A stretch of 64,000 nt of DNA from NCBI GenBank assembly GCA_038087875.1, contig JAXLNO010000246.1, positions 186,001 to 250,000 on the forward strand, written 5' to 3'. The notes below the pieces were generated by a model. That model had not been told where the DNA came from and searched no databases. It saw only the letters and a program-made list of their open reading frames with translations. This DNA is from Malacoraja senta. Its lineage: Eukaryota. Below, piece by piece: positions 61,901-64,000 of the stretch (positions within the stretch are counted from its first letter, which is position 1; each line of letters starts with the position of its first letter). The translations under genes and the position numbers were made by a program.

Positions 61901-63940
61901 TGTTTGTCCTTCCTATTATCAGCACATCATCCAAAATATGCCACTAGTACATGCCCCTGGCTTCTTAGCAACCCCAGAACTGGTTTTAATAATTTTGTGA
62001 ATATTCTGGGAGCGGACGTTAACCCATTAGGCAAAGCTTTGAACTGCCATAACTGGTTCATCCATGTAAATTTAAGATACTGAATATGTATCTTTTAAAT
62101 CTATAGTTGCCATATGACATGCTTCTGAAATAAGTTGTTTGGCAGTCACAAATATCTCTTTTAAAATGTTTAAATTAAACAAAAGGATTCAGACTTGTCA
62201 AGTCTAGAATAATCCCACATCCTCAATCCTTTTTTGATCGATGGAATATATTTAACACAAATTGGTGAATTTGGTAGACTGATTCTTCAATAACACATTT
62301 TATATATAGGGTTTGAAACGCAGCTTGAACCTCCATCACTTCTTTTTGTGCAAACCATATGACAATTACAGCAGGAAAACAGGCCATCTCGGCCTTTCAA
62401 GTCCATGCCGAAGAAGTGGAGAATTCTGCTAGGAACATGCTGGACAGGCAAATCATAATTTGGATTGAATTCAATTCGAAATCCTTGTATACTATTCAGA
62501 ATTACCACATCTGAAGTAATCTTCCAATTGTTTATAGAAGAGACATAATCTGCCGCCAACTTTTGGACTTAATCCAGTTAGTATGTTCCCATGAGAACCA
62601 GGTCCACCTACCTCTTGAGTCATTTGAGTACTCTGAGATTCCTGGATTCTCCCGGAAGCACCCTCACTGGTTCTTGCTCCCGCTGCAGGCCGCCAGCTAC
62701 GTCCCTGCGTTAATGTGCGACTTGGTCCTGTCCAGGATCCGTATGACATCTGAAAGGATATTCCTCTTTACAGACTTTTCAACCATTGATGTTTTCATCA
62801 ATCCTGTTTTCGCTTCATCTTCCAACTCTTTAACACATCTCTCGAGATCCTCTCCAAAGAGTAAGTTGGGTAATTGTACATTACTTGGTTTGCAGAGTGC
62901 TGCGAATTTCGGATTCATAATAGGCCGTATAGCACCTTTCCTCGGACAATTGATCTCGAAGTGGGTGCTGCATAGCAACCCCAGTGCTTTCTGATGCAAC
63001 TCCGTCATCTCTTGGCTTTTATCCGCTATTCTGGCAAAGCAGTTATTCCAGCAGCTTTAATATTCTCTGCCATTTCAATTCTTGAGTTCTCATAATCATA
63101 CTCAACTCATATTTTCTTGCATTCTCATTCATTTCCTGCTGTTCCAGCTGATGGGAAACCAAGTAATTTATTAGGGAGGCCAATTCTCTTCTAATGGCTC
63201 TCCTGACTCTGACGGGGCAGCGAATCATACTGCCAGGGGTGGAACATCTGTACATCACGTACATCACGGCTACTGTGACAAATCACATAGAGCCTCACCG
63301 TCAGAATCAGGGTCTGAAATCTCATGACCCGTGGCACGCTCCTCATCCCTGAGGGTGCATTCTAACAGCCCTGAACCAGGAGCTGTTGAGCTGCTTCCAG
63401 CAGCTTGGTTTTCAGTACACTCTTACCTGAGTGTGCTTTGCTCCAACAGCCTATGTAGCAGGCTTTCCATTTGGGCAATACGCTTTAAAAGCAGTATCTA
63501 GCCCTGGAGCTTCCATTTCCTGGGACTCCTCCTCCGTGGCCCGTTTCAATTCGGACTTGGCCTTGCGCCCGACAGGCGTTGACTGCCCCAGGTCCACAGT
63601 CGCTATGCTCACCGCTGACGACTGTACCGGGGTTAGAGGCGGTTGGTCGCTACCCGCAGACTCCCGACTTTCCCGACTTTCTGTCGGCTGTGTCGCTCGC
63701 CTCTTCCCCCTGCCTGTTTTTTCCCATGGCATCTGTGGAAGAAATCCCCACAGACCCACAGTAAACGGACATGAAAAAATACTAAAAAAGTTTTTACTTA
63801 CCTTGTAGTTAAAAAACTACAAATCCACTGAGGAGCTCTGCTCCTCACGTCCGTTTGCGACAAGGCGTATGACGTAATGACGCGCAGGCGCACTGGCGGG
63901 GTTCTTCACATAGTCACTCACGTGATTCCGAAGTAAAATA
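58929..63940 (-). mobile_element. Full-length DIRS1-type tyrosine-recombinase retrotransposon (decayed ORFs)
   Basis: In order on the - strand: gag-like (AIRPIMNPKFAALCK..LLFGEDL), RT (QFKALPNGLTSAPRIFTK; AYLDD frameshifted), RNase H (NTTAIAYIN..IYLPGRMNTIAD..SR), MT-like (DLFISRLN..VIPDWPTQPWY) and YR (TAQRVQTL; SHSTRAA). Inverted termini plus an ICR. Confidence 0.92.
59152..59265. repeat. DIRS internal complementary region (ICR)
   Basis: 59152-59230 is the exact reverse complement of 58929-59007 (79/79). 59228-59265 matches the reverse complement of 63903-63940 (35/38). The two halves overlap at TAT. Confidence 0.92.
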
Positions 63941-64000
63941 TGAGACCAGTGTCAAAATACACAATGAATATAGACCTCTCCATCTCTATGTAAATATAGT

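Overview
Eukaryotic, repeat-dense genomic DNA, inferred to be from a cartilaginous fish (probably a skate or ray) from its HE1-like V-SINEs, CR1/Rex1/L1 LINEs and Penelope-like tails. The only host gene I can support is a divergent, nonclassical-looking MHC class I heavy-chain gene on the + strand spanning about 50 kb: leader exon 5969-6020, alpha1 24953-25213, alpha2 43240-43513, alpha3 52303-52569 and TM 55259-55366. All introns are GT-AG and phase 1. The alpha2 exon is 274 nt and frameshifted, so this is a pseudogene, a null allele or an assembly indel. The rest is mostly mobile DNA: a full-length decayed DIRS tyrosine-recombinase retrotransposon with ITR/ICR ends (58929-63940, -), a Buster-type hAT with a second hAT nested inside it (33600-38040), a Harbinger-type MITE, three L1 copies, nested CR1s, Rex1/Babar and RTE fragments, and many Penelope-derived tails carrying minimal hammerhead-ribozyme-like cores, often as palindromes. 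All alignments were done by eye; boundaries of decayed repeats are approximate.
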